This document shows positions 39,812-53,004 of a DNA stretch of 64,000 nucleotides, piece by piece. Origin of the DNA: Trichoplax adhaerens. Its lineage: Eukaryota; Animalia; Placozoa. The notes beneath the pieces are model-generated. The model saw only the letters and a program-made list of their open reading frames with translations, was not told where the DNA came from and searched no databases. Positions within the stretch are counted from its first letter, which is position 1; the number at the start of each line of letters is the position of its first letter. The translations under genes and the position numbers were made by a program. The stretch lies in NCBI RefSeq assembly GCF_000150275.1, contig NW_002060944.1, forward strand, positions 7,392,735-7,456,734. Direction: 5' to 3'.

Positions 39812-40942
39812 ATGTCTACCCAACCTGAAAGGTAAGTTGACTATTGCCATCTGACGCTTATCGATAGTCATCGTATTGAATTTTATCCTCCTTGTGGATT
39901 GAATGCATTGATGGTGCTTTTGCACTTTCTTATGTCATCATTTTTTAAAGTCAACTTGCCATGACACTATCATAAATGCTATTATTATTTGTCAATTCTA
40001 GCGAAGACAAGGATTCCAAGAAGAAAGCTGACAAGGCAAAGAATTCGTCCAAAAGTAAACGTCGCAGTCATTCCACAGACAGTAGCAGCAGCAGTGGTAG
40101 CAGTAGCAGTGGTTCATACAGTACATCTGGCAGGTAACATCCTACTTTTACTACTTTTCCCTTCTTATTTTACCTCATTTTTTTGCCTAATTGGACGTGC
40201 TTGATCTTCATCTTGGTGCAGTTATTCATCTTCGTCTAGTCGTAGCAATTCCGCTAGCAGTAGCAGCTCCAGCTACTCAAGTAGTAGCGCCAGTCGGTCA
40301 AGCTATCGTCGGCGAAGAAATCGCTCTCCGGCTGATCGATACCGTGATCAGAAAGAGAAATCTCCCAAACGTCGTAGTCGGTCACCAAGGAAACGTAGTC
40401 CATCTCCACAACCTGAACAATGCAAAATTCACCTCGGTAGATTAACACGAAATGCAACCAAAGATCATGTACAAGAAATCTTTTCCAATTACGGTAAAGT
40501 TAAAAACGTCGACGTACCCACGGATCGCGCCAATGGGTTACCAAGAGGTTTTGCTTATATAGAATTTGAAAATGGTAAATCTGCAGAAAATGCTATAAAG
40601 TACATGAATGGTGGACAAATTGATGGACAGGCTGTCACTGTTGCTCTGGTATTACCAATGACTGTTAAAGAGCGAAAACCACGACGTTCTCCACCTCAAC
40701 GTTTCCGCCCAGCAAGAAGGAATCACTCTCCACGTTATCGTAGAAGATCTAGGTCATATTCTCCTCGTCGGAGAGGATCACCTCGTCGATCTAGGTCCCG
40801 CTCTCCTCGGCGTCGAGCATCACCTCGTAAATCCAGATCGCATTCACCTCGTAGGAGAAGTCCAGTTGGCCGATCTCGGCGTTCTCGTAGTCGTAGTCCG
40901 CGGTATCGTAGACGCAACCGTGATCGCTCTAGAAGTCGTTAA
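39812..40942 (+). CDS. RNPS1: RNA-binding protein with serine-rich domain 1 (EJC/ASAP component)
   Basis: Exons 39812-39831, 40002-40133, 40222-40942. Ser-rich N-terminus, RRM KIHLGRLTRNATKDHVQEIFSNYGKVK...PRGFAYIEFE...AIKYMNGGQIDGQ, RS/P C-terminus. Confidence 0.93.
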
Positions 40943-42387
40943 TTTGTTCTACAAGATTGTTTAACTTATCTGCCGAGAAATCTACCTATGTACAGTATTG
41001 CCTCCGGCGCGATCATGCGATTCATGTCTATGATAGCTTTATGAAAACATGAAAATGGAATGCTTTTTACTAGCTTTAGTATCACAACACTGTAGTCATC
41101 CCTGTCATCTGCTTCTTCATGTTTTGATGCAGAATTGATGGCAAAAGTAACAATATTTCTGTTATGAATTCCACAATTCCAAATAGTACAGTGATGCGAG
41201 ATACATTTGTACTTCTTGTTTGTATTGTCAAATTTTCAAGCAGTCGTTTTATGACTGTGCCACTGTAAAGTTGCGTTCTTCCTGATGTATTAAAGTTGCC
41301 CTTCATTTGATTCTACACAATTTTTGTAGTCGTTTGATTGATTCTTATTAGCCTTGTCTGCTACAGTACAAAGTTACCTTTACTACTTTCATCCGCAAGA
41401 TTTTAACTTTCAGCCAAACATGCCATATTATATGTGGTATGGCCAATTGAAAGCCACAGAAACTACATATATGCATTAAGATGAGATATTGCGGAGTCAA
41501 TCGAAATTTCTACATACTGTCCAAAGTAACGGAAACTACTCGTTTTCTACACTTTTTGTATCGATTTGTTTGAAACTCAACGCATTACAGCCACAATTTT
41601 CAAAAAAGATACACTGTAATAGCCTTACAGTATCTTGCTTTTTATTATGACAACGAATGAAATAGCTACAATCATTCATTACAGGAAATGGCACCAAGCC
41701 ACGACACCATCATATGCAAATTTAGAAGTGATCATTCATTCATTAATTGTACAACCCAACAATATTAGATCAGGCTATCACTTCAATCTTGTTGACCGTC
41801 TAGGTATAGCTATAGGAAGAGTGAATTATTATCTTAATGGCTTAGTAATGTATTTGTATCCTCCTAAAAATGCTACAGTATCTCTCTTTGCATTTTTGCT
41901 ATTCGTAACACAGACCACAGAAGTAAACCATTTTCGCCAAAAACAGATCAAATGGTGTGTATCAAAGTACCAAATAAAAAGTGAGAAAAGTTGATTTTTT
42001 TAATTTATAATACACCGCGTTGCGGATAGCCCTTCAATCCAAACGTACCAAAGGTGAATACAGTACAGTGATTCGCATTAGTCGAGCACAGCATCATTAC
42101 GTAAGATAATGTTTTAATTACCGTAGTCAAATTGATCACGCTGGGAAAAAAATTTACTGCAAAGTATAGAGCACTACAAGTATTACTGCACTGTCAACTC
42201 GAGCGAAAGGAACTAGAAATAGATTTCCAATCATAAAATACAATTTTCTAATAACTAGAGTATTTTCTAACACTTTTAACATAGGTCTAGCTAGTTTGCT
42301 AAAAGTAGGATGGTTTTAATCACATTTTCGCAATAAGAAACATCGGATAAATACTAGTAGTTATTACAACAGAAGAAGCTTAATTTT

Positions 42388-44244
42388 TTAGTCCACTTCC
42401 ATTTGTTCCTGCATTGTAATAAGATCAAGGAAAACAATCAATTGAGGAAATCGCATTTTAAAATAAATAAATATCGTATCACTTACTCCTGATTTATATG
42501 CATCCAATTGCGCATCCAGATCCGTCGCTGAGACAGGCTTTTGTCTGCTTCCTCCTCTTCCTCTACCGCGGCCTCGGCCTCCACCTCGACCACGTCTAAA
42601 GACGCCACCGCGTCCTCGTCGGCCGGCATTACCTCCTCTACTATTAATTATAGAGCATCGAGTTGGATTGATGATCAATATGTTTCAGTTGATACACATT
42701 AAAACAACTTGGACTAGTGTGGAGCACTATATTGTAACTGTCATTAAAAGCCATACGAACTACGAACTGAAAGTGTTATCTGCAAGTGCGTAACACTATC
42801 ATGATGGAATCACTCAAAAGGCACAATAGTATTTGGAAAGGTTTTTAGCTGAACAGATAAATTTACCTGTTAAAGTTGTTACTTCTGTTATTTCCCACGC
42901 GTCCAGTAGTTCCTCTAGTTGACACAGCCTCATTAACTAATTGAATTTTCATTGGCCTTCCTACATTGTTTTTCAATTGAAGCCCAGTTAGACGATATAC
43001 GATACTTGATTCAAAGTATTTTCTACGAAACAAGTTATGACCGACCGTCCAATGGTATGTTGTTGTATTTTTTTAAGGCAGCAACAGCCCCTTCTTTCCG
43101 ATCAAAAATGACCTCAGCAGTTCCTAGTGATCTCCCCGAGCGGTCGTAGTGAACGGAACCTTTTTTCAAGTTACCAAATTCACTAAAGAGTTCCTAATAA
43201 TGAAGTAGAAATATTGAATTATACACCTAAGACCAGGGAAGAGCCGAACCATCCCTTCTAACGGCGAGCGGCGATAATGAGTAATCAGCCAGTGATTTGG
43301 CCAAAATATGATAAACGACTTTGTGCCATCAGCTAGTTATTCCTCTAGATATGCCTTTGTCTTAAGGCTTAATTTAGTACAACATTGTACAGTAGTAGCG
43401 TACATACGTAGTAAGAAGCACACGTTTATGCTTTTGAGTACTTCTACCGGCGTGAAGTAGAGCATGATTGTAAAAAAAACAACCTGCCATTCAGAGCGAA
43501 TGCTCGAATATCTACTACGGAAATGCCGTATACAACATCATGTTTTGGTATACGGCAGACAGTGACGACGCTAGTTTTTTTTGTTAAGTACGCATTGCAC
43601 GAGTATCATGATTGCCTATTAAGAAATTGAGTTAGGAAACGCCACTATCGTCCTGTCTCATCCTAACCTTAATATCATTATCAGAAACACCGTAATCCAA
43701 ATTTGAAATCAATAACTTGCTGCTTGTGCTGATTCGATTTGGGCCAAGTCCACCGCCTTTATACATATCGTGGTCCCATTTATCGGGTAAAGTTCTTGAC
43801 TACAGAGAATAACAGTTGTAGAAGAATTGCTTGCTCAGCGAAAAAAAGAAAAAAATGCTGCAAATTTGGTGTATGCGTTGTAAAAGCAAGTGGTGCTATA
43901 GAATGATTTTCATCGTGTCTAGTTGCATATGGATTGCCCGTCAATCATACAATTTGGGGCATATTTTAGTTAGATTAGTTTTAATTTGAAAGATTAATAT
44001 CTTCAGCAATGATGTACTGAAGTAGTACGAAGATGTCTTTCTTTCCAATACGTACACGAGAGAACGGCGTCATTCGTTGTCGATTTCGCCCCGTCATGTT
44101 GCCACCACGTCCACGTCCTGACATGGTGCCTCGGCCTCTTCCGCCTCTGCCTCCTCTGCCTCTGCCTCGGCCACGTCCGCGACCACGGCCACCAGACTTC
44201 TTAATAATATCGTCTAAAGACATATCAATCTTCTCTGTTGCCAT
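42388..44244 (-). CDS. ALYREF: mRNA export adaptor Aly/REF (THOC4)
   Basis: N-terminal [11 protein letters not shown] motif, RGG box, [56 protein letters not shown]...[19 protein letters not shown]-terminal DLDAQLDAY; six coding exons. Confidence 0.96.
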
Positions 44245-44880
44245 ATTGAAATGATTTAATTTACTTTCGATGCGGTAATAAACGTTCAAGACAAGAAAGG
44301 GAGTCAAGGAAAAAAAAGGTGCAAATGCGAAAAAATGGCGGTCAAAGCAATGTTTTTAACCGTCTGAACTTGACGACCCAATTGTATATACACTTATTAC
44401 TGAACTGCGGTAGTGGTACGGTACTGGTATGGCAGTTGAGCGGTCAAAAAAGGGCAAAAAAAAGCCAAAACACTTTTCTATTTCAAACCACTCAAACATG
44501 AGTTTACTTTATATACTGTGCCCTATAGAGATGCCGTCATTCTTGTTATAGTACTAGACAGTACCACAAGGACAACCAGCCGCGTCAATGTGGACTACAG
44601 TACAGACTGCTGTAAATTACGGTACTATACTGTAGGCAGGACTAAAACATTGCACTGCACTGTACAGTACTGTATACTGCACAGTACTGTATGGTAGTTT
44701 TTCTCTATTACAAGTATGTACTGTACACTACTGTACTGTACAGTGTACAGTACTCTACAGTACACTGACTGTACACTGTACACTGTACGGTCGATGAACG
44801 TTTAATTAACGTCATACCGTCTGCTCGACGTTTACTGTTGTTACTCATTGTCACCAGGGACCAACTTCGGAGACTAACAA

Positions 44881-45113
44881 TACTGTACTAAGGCTTCGTC
44901 TTACAAGTCTTTAAAACAGTACTGTACTGTACTAAGGCTTCGTCTTACAAGTCTTTAAAATGGTACTGTACTACGGCTTCGTCTAACAAGTCTTTAAATC
45001 AGTACTGTGCTACGCCTTCGTCTTACAAGTCTTTAAAACAGTAATGTACTATGGCTTCGTCTTACAAGTCTTTAAAATAGTACTGTACTACGGCTTCGTC
45101 TAAGAAGACTTTA
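44881..45113. repeat. ~39-bp minisatellite x6
   Basis: Unit ~agtactgtacta(a/c)ggcttcgtcttacaagtctttaaaa; cttcgtc cores at ~44894, 44938, 44977, 45016, 45055, 45094. Confidence 0.95.
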
Positions 45114-45283
45114 ACTGAAGTAAAGACTGGATTGTGTATTTCTGCAGAATGCAGACTCTTTCTTCAGGAATGGGCTTCCCAAAATTAATATTAGCGTGCT
45201 AATGCAGTCTCGAAGGTAGAATGTAGTTATCAGATACATCACTGTACCCTTAAGAGCAAAGCTCATTCTACCCAGCATGGACC

Positions 45284-46360
45284 TTGAATTCTACTGTAGA
45301 AAGAAATGACTATATTAATAGCTAGCGGTTGTTTCAGTATTTCAAGGAATAAGGATAATTGAATTCTAGTGTAGAAAGAAATGACTACAGTATAGCTAGC
45401 CGTTGTTTCAGTATTTCAAAGAAGGGAAAATTATTAAAATAGAAGATCAAATTTTATCAATTGTTAAGATAAAAGACAAAATTAGCCCAAATTTATTAAA
45501 ATAGAAGATTCGCACACGTGGTCCATCTACGCAGTCTCAGCCAGACTTTCCTCTATAATTTAGATAATTGAATTCTACTGTAGAAAGAAATGACTATATT
45601 AATAGCTAGCGGTTGTTTCAGTATTTCAAAGAATAAGGATAATTTCTTATGGGGAATCCCTGCAGCAGCGAGGGGAAAATGAATAGGCTACACCGAACCC
45701 CAAACTTCATAGGAGATGCATGAAAATATTCAATTCTACAAAGATATTACCATAGTAATAGCTAGGGATTATTTCTGTAATACTGTAATGATTTTATATA
45801 CTCTACTAGAAGGGAAAGGAGAATGTTTTTCTTATTGGCGACCACTGCACGAGCTAGGGGAAATTAGTATTGAGGATACCGGATACCTGCAAGAGGTAGG
45901 AGAAGTTAAAAGGCCTACGCTATTATAGCCGAGCCCAGAACTTTCAATGAGATACATGGACCCATTATTTCTATAAAGATATTACTATATTAATAGCTAG
46001 TTGCTGTTTCAATAATAATTATGCTGTATATTGTAAGGGAAAGGAGAATTTCTTATTAGGGATCTCTACCGGAGCTAGGAAAATAAAAGGCTATGCTAGT
46101 AGAAACGGAAGAAAAATTTCAAAAATGAACATCATGTGCAAAGAGATCTCATTCTACAATATAGCCGAGCCCGGAACTTGAAGTGTGATACATCGACTCC
46201 TTGTAAAAATAAATTATCATCGTAATAAAGGAAAGGATGATTTCTTACTTGGGGTTACTGCGGGAACCAGGCAAAATTAAAAGACTGCGCTATTAGAAAC
46301 GCAATGAAATTTCCAAGAATTAGTATCTACCATGTGGAAAGAATCTTTATTGTTTCATAA
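45284..46360. repeat. Compound intergenic repeat (~74-bp unit x3, then diverged ~230-bp units)
   Basis: ttgaattcta.tgtagaaagaaatgacta...agctagc.gttgtttcagtatttcaa at ~45285, 45359, 45569; aagg(g)aaagga.. at ~45810, 46035, 46228; tagccgagccc.gaactt at ~45926 and 46161. Confidence 0.8.
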
Positions 46361-46774
46361 AGTACATAGCCAAAAGAAGGCTATGCAGTTCATTTACAGT
46401 ATTTTGAACAACAGATTTAATTCTATAATAGGATACTCATTGAAGACTATAGCTATGTTAGCGATCGATATGTCATGACAGATACACAGCATAGTCACAA
46501 AGAAAAGTAATAACTTGATCAATTCTAAATTTAGACGGCGAAAGTTGCGGTCTAGGATACTTGAATCATAAACGTTGGTACGTTAGCGTCAGGCAACTAG
46601 GAATAGCTTTTGAATTGACATCATTTAAAACAAGCATCAAGCAATAATTTGCCTTGAGAGTAATAAATAAATCATCTGAAGTTTATAGAAGTATGAGTCA
46701 GAACATTCGATGAAATAGGTATGTGCCATGAACAATCGCCATAATAATAACTACAAATATTTGACTTAATCATC

Positions 46775-49700
46775 TTAAACAAATTTTAGGAATAAACTCT
46801 TCATATAGCGAGCTTCGAAAGCTACGGTCCTCGTACCAGGTTGGATTACCGTACTTTGTAGTGGTTGTTCAATGATACTTGGTATAGTTTTACCATAGGC
46901 TAGAACAACGAATAATATAAGCAAATTATATATCCATTCTGTCACTGAATAATTAGAAATACATTAGAGCTGGTAACTAGAAATACGAAAATCCCCTAAC
47001 GTAGAAGACAGTGCAGCTTAATTATCAGATCATACAGTATAGGTACACTCTATCACTCAAAAATTACTAAATTAATTGGTACTGATAACTAGAAATAACA
47101 AAATTTCTGAATTCATTAAATTAAAGCTGATAACTAGAAATGACGAGATTTCTTAATTTAATACGTACTGTAGTACGACTTGATTCATTATTAGTCAATA
47201 TACTACAGTAAAGAATGATTCTAGAATTAAATTTGAAAAAGAGAATCTTTTCCATGAATTTTTGTCACAAGTACCTTCACAATGTTCAAAAAACTGAATA
47301 ATTTCTTGCAAGACACTATCTCTGACGAGGATCATATGTTTCGCCTTTCAGAAGAATCAAAATTAGTGCAAAGTACAGTACACGTAGAGTATAATTAAGT
47401 ATGCTTGAGTACTCACCATATTTTCTAATAAAGAGCAAAAGCAACGTTTAGCATAAAACCAAGTGTCGGTACCGAGCTACAAAAAGAATTCTATGTTAAT
47501 ATAAATTGTCCGAAGCTGCTATTGAACGTGTCCTACTGTAGTATAGTATACGCTGCTTCTTAACACTTTGCACTACTTCCATGCAATGATGATAATAGCC
47601 TACCTTTTTATTATATGGCTCCAAGCTTTTCATAACGCGAGATATTCCAAATTCGTAATTCCCTTTTGCGCAGTATAATGTTCTAATGATCAATATATAC
47701 ACATGTACGTATTTAGTTAATAAGCCATAGCTAAAGTTGATTCAAGCTAGACATGGTGAAATAAGCTAGGAAGTAGCATTGCTACAAATTCTGATTGGTA
47801 TTCAATTAGATTTACCCAATAACTAAATTAACAATACATAAGTGGAATATCTTCTTTTCTGGATCGGTGTAAGAAACTTGTTCCTATCATTTTGAACGAT
47901 AATCATACAGTACGGACTGATTACATCGAAGCGAAATACTTGTTGTAAGTTAAAATAAGAAACACTAAAGGAATCTAAAGTATACCTCCTCTTTTTCAAT
48001 TTTTCGCATTAATTCTTCAGCCTAAGAAATGCGAAGGAATGCTCAATACATAAATTGAATCAAATAGTATGCTATTGATCTATATTGCTGCTCAAAATAC
48101 CTCTTCATTTTGACTGGTCATAATGTAAGACACACAAAGATTTGCCAGAACTATGGCACTTATATTCAATATCTAGTATAAAAAGATAATACATGAAATT
48201 AACATACAATCATAAGTATCATCAGTACACTTCAAGTAGCTTATTATACGTTGTATATATGATTTTATTACGAATAATGTCTAAATTTTTACAATATTCC
48301 CTCGTTTACTACTTACGTGTTGATAATTTTTCTTCACTATGGGTTCATAAAAACTGATGCCTTCTTTGTATTTGCTTTCCTAAATTTTAACAAAATAATT
48401 TTAAAGAGTTTCTATAAGTTCTCGATTAAGGCTATAATAAAGATGACCATGGTTCTGATAAATAGATTATTTTGGCAATAGTATCCCACATAATAACTAT
48501 ACTTTCACTGCTAATACCTTATCCTTAACAAATCTTATTGGCACAACACTAACAGCTATTTATAACGGTTTCATGGTTTTGCTAACAACTACGATGGACA
48601 ACTACATATATGAATAAATTCGATCTAAGAAATAGATCTATATTATCAACCTGCATGAATAAAACATGGGCAACATTTAACTTCCAAGTATCATGTTCAT
48701 TGCAAAATTCCACTGATTTTCGAAATATCTTTTCAACTTGAGCATAATTTTCTCTGTCCCAGTATATTTTGGCTTGCGCCATAAGCACTGGGATATACCT
48801 GTAAATCGAGAAGCAGATTATAACATGACTAAAATTGCTCAGTTATAGAACGATACTTTATTACAACTTCGTTCATTAAAGACTTAAGGAAAAACAATTA
48901 ATTATTTATCAAACCTCTCTAATGCTTCATCATATTCATTAACAGCTCTTTTAACAGCTTCATCATCGTGATTTTGTCTGGACTCCTGTACCTATGGTAT
49001 TTATAAAGCGGCAATAAGCGTAAATGTATACGTCTAAAGTATTTATACTTTATACTTTTTTCATTACCTGTTTTGTAAGCTTCCTTAACGCATCAGTATG
49101 CTTAGATGCTATATCATCAAATTTACGATATGCCTGCAATGATCAATATTTTGTCAATTAAAGATAACAGAAAGTTTATATTATAACTACTGCAATAGAT
49201 AACCTCTTCAGGAGATGTCTGTTGTGTAATAAGAGCATCCAGAAATCCATAGAGGTACTGTAGATTCGAAGAAATATTTAAAAGAAATCAGAGGTGGAAT
49301 TAAAGAGATAGAAAATATAATAGAAGGAAAAACTATAAAAAGAACCTTCATGCTATATTTCACAGTAATAAAGGAGAATTTACTAACTTGTGAAAGATAT
49401 TTAAAGGTTAGGTGGGCATTTTCAGCAAGCACATCAGCAGCTAAATCAAAGTACTATAACATGAAAAATTGGTAGATTAAAAACTCCTATTAATACGCTA
49501 TAACAACTTATAGTACCTTAGTATCATGATAACAAAAGTGAACTTTTGTCAAAATGTTTAATCTGTGATATCAATTTACCTCATATTTGCAATATAGTAG
49601 TAGTAGGTTTCCAAATGTCTCTGTTATTAATCAAGTATAATAGTAAATTTATTTGATAAAAAAGAATAATAGTAATAACAAGATAATGAATATTACCAGG

Positions 49701-52516
49701 TGGAAACGGATTTTGCTGGAGTAAAAATTGCAGTTTTTCGAATCCCTAATAACAGTTGATCAAGATTTATTAAATCATAAACAAGCAAGAAGATGAGGAA
49801 TCTGTGTCAGTTAAATATATCATTAGATTACGGTACACGCTAGCGTATAATTCGATCAATGCATAACTTAAGGTTTCTTTATCCTTTTACCGATGTTGGA
49901 TTGGCATCAAAATTAATTAAGGCTTGATTATGTAAAGTTACAGGATCTAATTCCTAATAAAAGATTCGAATGGGATCGTAAATTTTTACTCACTTTCCAC
50001 AACAAAATTGGATGTACTGCTCATGTTATAGAAAGCTTAAAACGTACCTCTTCAGATCTTGGAGGCATATCAGTTAAGGCATCCATAGCAGCATCATCTT
50101 ACGTACAATAGACAGCATCAATTACGTAATTATCACCTATCTAACATACACAAAGTAAAGTTATTATATACTTACAGTTCTTTAGTTGATGTTCAATTGC
50201 AGCCTTAAGATTAAAAGCTTCGATTAAAGCAGTTTCATGTAATACCTGGATATTAGAAATGCAACGTTATCGCTTTAAATTTTTTCAATTTCAGGGTCAT
50301 ATATCAGATAATTTATAAGAATGATCTTACCAGAGTATTTCCTACACTTCGTACTTCGATTCCTTCAGTTGTCATACCAACACTAAGTTCTGTAAAATTT
50401 TCACATACACGTATGTAAGTACATTTACCCTTAAAGCAATACTTCGAATAGCAAATACTTGATGATTCTAATCTAACCTGGATGTTCTCTAATACCACGT
50501 TCAATAATATCGGCAATGTTCTTAAGAGATGGGGCAAATTGTTTCATGTGGTAATAGCACAAAGCGATATTGTACGATAATCCTAAAGTTAATACCAATA
50601 ATATTAATAATTTTCTAAGAAAAATGTTTTGCAGACATGTCATTTAAAAATTTACAAGATATAATAAGCTAAGACAAGACTATTAATCTATTTAATACTA
50701 CATTACTATACGTTCTAACACATTTGTGACTTAAGCTACCTGCTTGGAAGCCAATCATTTGCTGCGCCGTTAGAAATCGCCGACAAGCTTCTTCGTAGCG
50801 GTCCTCCTAGTAAGTTAAAGAATATCAAGTAGTCTTGGTTAAGTTACTTTCGTATATTAGGCATATGTCATTTAGAAATCGCAAAACATACCATGAAAAG
50901 AAGACATCCATTGTTAATTTCAACGTCTACATCATCGCTCGTACACTGATCTATTAATGCCTGCATATAATATAAACTATCATGTAAGCTACCGTACTAG
51001 TTTAAAAGACGATATTCAAAAATATGTTTATGATCTCACTTTTGAACCAGAATAGTCTTGTTCACCGAATTTGATTGCAGATTGTAATTTCAAAATCTGT
51101 AGAAGCAATAAATACAACAAAAAATATATTATGATACACTAATTGCATGCTTTTATTGATTCATGTAAAATGATATCACATACAGTATGACAAAGTGAAG
51201 AAATGACTACAGCTCTGTGTACTTATATCTCATACCTTTGATTGGGTTTCAGTATTCGTAGGAATACTAAAAGTTGCCTTTGTTGCTTCAGCAAACATAT
51301 TGGCTTTATATAATGACTATGGTGATAATGTTATTACTCAGCATTACTTTAAGTGTATCAATTTTATATGCTAAATGCAAGTGAATATATTTTACTCTAA
51401 CCTGTGCATAATTTACTCTGTACTCCACGTTATCGGGTTGTATTTGCACCAATTGTTTATAACTATTATAATTAGACATGAATTAAACGAGAAATATTAG
51501 TGTTTATGGCTAGCGGAGTCTTGCATGAATCATTTGATTAGCCGATTAGATGATATTTTATTTGCAATTCTTACCAATCTGCTGCAGCAGCAAAATCTTG
51601 TAGGTAATAATGGCAGTATGCTAGAATTGAAAGTGCAGCACGAGATTTAGGATGATTTTCTAATTCACTTGATAGAATTTCGATCGCTTCATGATATTTT
51701 TGATCTCGTATCTAAGTTAGATATGATTTTTAATTGATATCATAAGTACAAAATAATTTTAGAATTACTTAATTCACTTAGCGTCTTTAGACGCAATTTA
51801 ATCCATGAATGTAACAATAACTTTAAAGATTTCGTAATATATTATCATTAACCCTTATTTGTATTATGTTGGCGATATCGTTATAATTTCCTACAGAAAT
51901 ACATGCGAATAACAATCTGATATTTTATATGTTGACAGTAACGGTATCATTTTCATTTTAAGAGTTGGTTTCATCGCTCTTCATCTATGTATTTCATTAA
52001 ATCTGCTTAATATTATAAGTCTATTGAATTATAGATAGTCGATAGGAAGGATAAGGTTTTTACTAAATTCTTTCCGTTAGGATCTAACAGTGGGCTGATT
52101 CAATTTGAAACATGAAAGTAAGTACTTCTCTTGTAAGGGCCTAATTGAGATACGCTTAATAAGGCATGGTTCATATAATAAATTATATCGAAAGGCGTAA
52201 GTTTCTATATCGTAGTTTAAGATTATTTGTACTATCAAAAAATTCCGAGTGGAAATCCCTTCTATCATGGGTAAGTAAAGGATAAGATTGACATCTCTAG
52301 AATTTATTCATTCAAAATTAAACCCTTTTTAGGGAAAATTTTTTATTAACTGAACTTTTGAATCGCTGATAAATTGGTAAATCACAATTACGGTCGTTAG
52401 TTCAAGAAATAACTTCTCATTAGCGTATATCTAATATGATTAATATATGATATACTTACCAAGCTATAGATTTTAACCGTGTATTCGCCTTCTTTAATTT
52501 GCGTTGGAGGATTCAT
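46775..52516 (-). CDS. TTC30: Tetratricopeptide repeat protein 30 / IFT70 (fleer, DYF-1)
   Basis: MNPPTQIKEGEYTVKIYSL|IRDQKY, SRAALSILAYCHYYLQDF, ELSVGMTTEGIEVRSVGNTL, LHETALIEAFNLKAAIE, ALTDMPPRSE, LLQQNPFPPETFGNLLLLYCKYE, MAQAKIYWDRENY..VEKIFRKSVEFC, YCAKGNYEFGISRV, LGTDTWFYAKRC; over 20 short exons. Confidence 0.96.
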
Positions 52517-52899
52517 ATTTTCTAGATACCAGCTGAAGTGGATGACTCAATCGTGTGTAAGCGTGTATTATATATTACAAAGTATAATATGGTGTAGCAA
52601 ATAACCAACTAATAATAAGCGACAAAGTACTCTACCAACTATTTTTGGAAGACTGCCAATTCCAAAATTTATGTTATATCACTCGCCTTATTAAACTAGA
52701 GTAAAACAAGTATACAGTCAGTCGTAAATCTGCCAATATATAGTACTTGATTTGAGACACGAATTAATATGCACACGTTATGGCGCTATACTGTTATCTC
52801 ATCAAGATCTTCGTTTAATTCCTGGCTATAACGATCAATCTTAGCTACTCATAGTAATGCCTATTACCAGAAATATTAAGAAACAAGAATGTGCATTCG

Positions 52900-52914
52900 G
52901 TTTCCAGGAGTAAC
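52900..52914. promoter_or_regulatory. RFX X-box upstream of TTC30/IFT70
   Basis: GTTTCC-AGG-AGTAAC fits a relaxed X-box consensus (GTTNCC-N0-3-RGYAAC), ~385 bp upstream of the ATG of a ciliary gene. Confidence 0.65.
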
Positions 52915-52938
52915 GAAGGCAAGACTGCGCCGGCCCAT

Positions 52939-52950
52939 CACGCATGCGCA
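52939..52950. promoter_or_regulatory. NRF1-like site
   Basis: CACGCATGCGCA in a local GC-rich patch next to the X-box; a similar CAGCATGCGCAC occurs at ~54264. Confidence 0.45.
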
Positions 52951-53004
52951 ACCCGTCTTCGAGTTCAAATTCTATCCTTATTTACAATTTAGCTCTGACT
53001 TAAA

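Noticed and set aside
44881-45113. CRISPR-like periodic ~39-bp repeats
   Set aside because: Units are contiguous with no unique spacers, there are no cas genes, and the context is eukaryotic; it is a minisatellite.
48520-48529. U12-type branch motif TCCTTAAC
   Set aside because: On the strand opposite TTC30 with no matching U12 5' splice site; the introns inspected are ordinary GT-AG.
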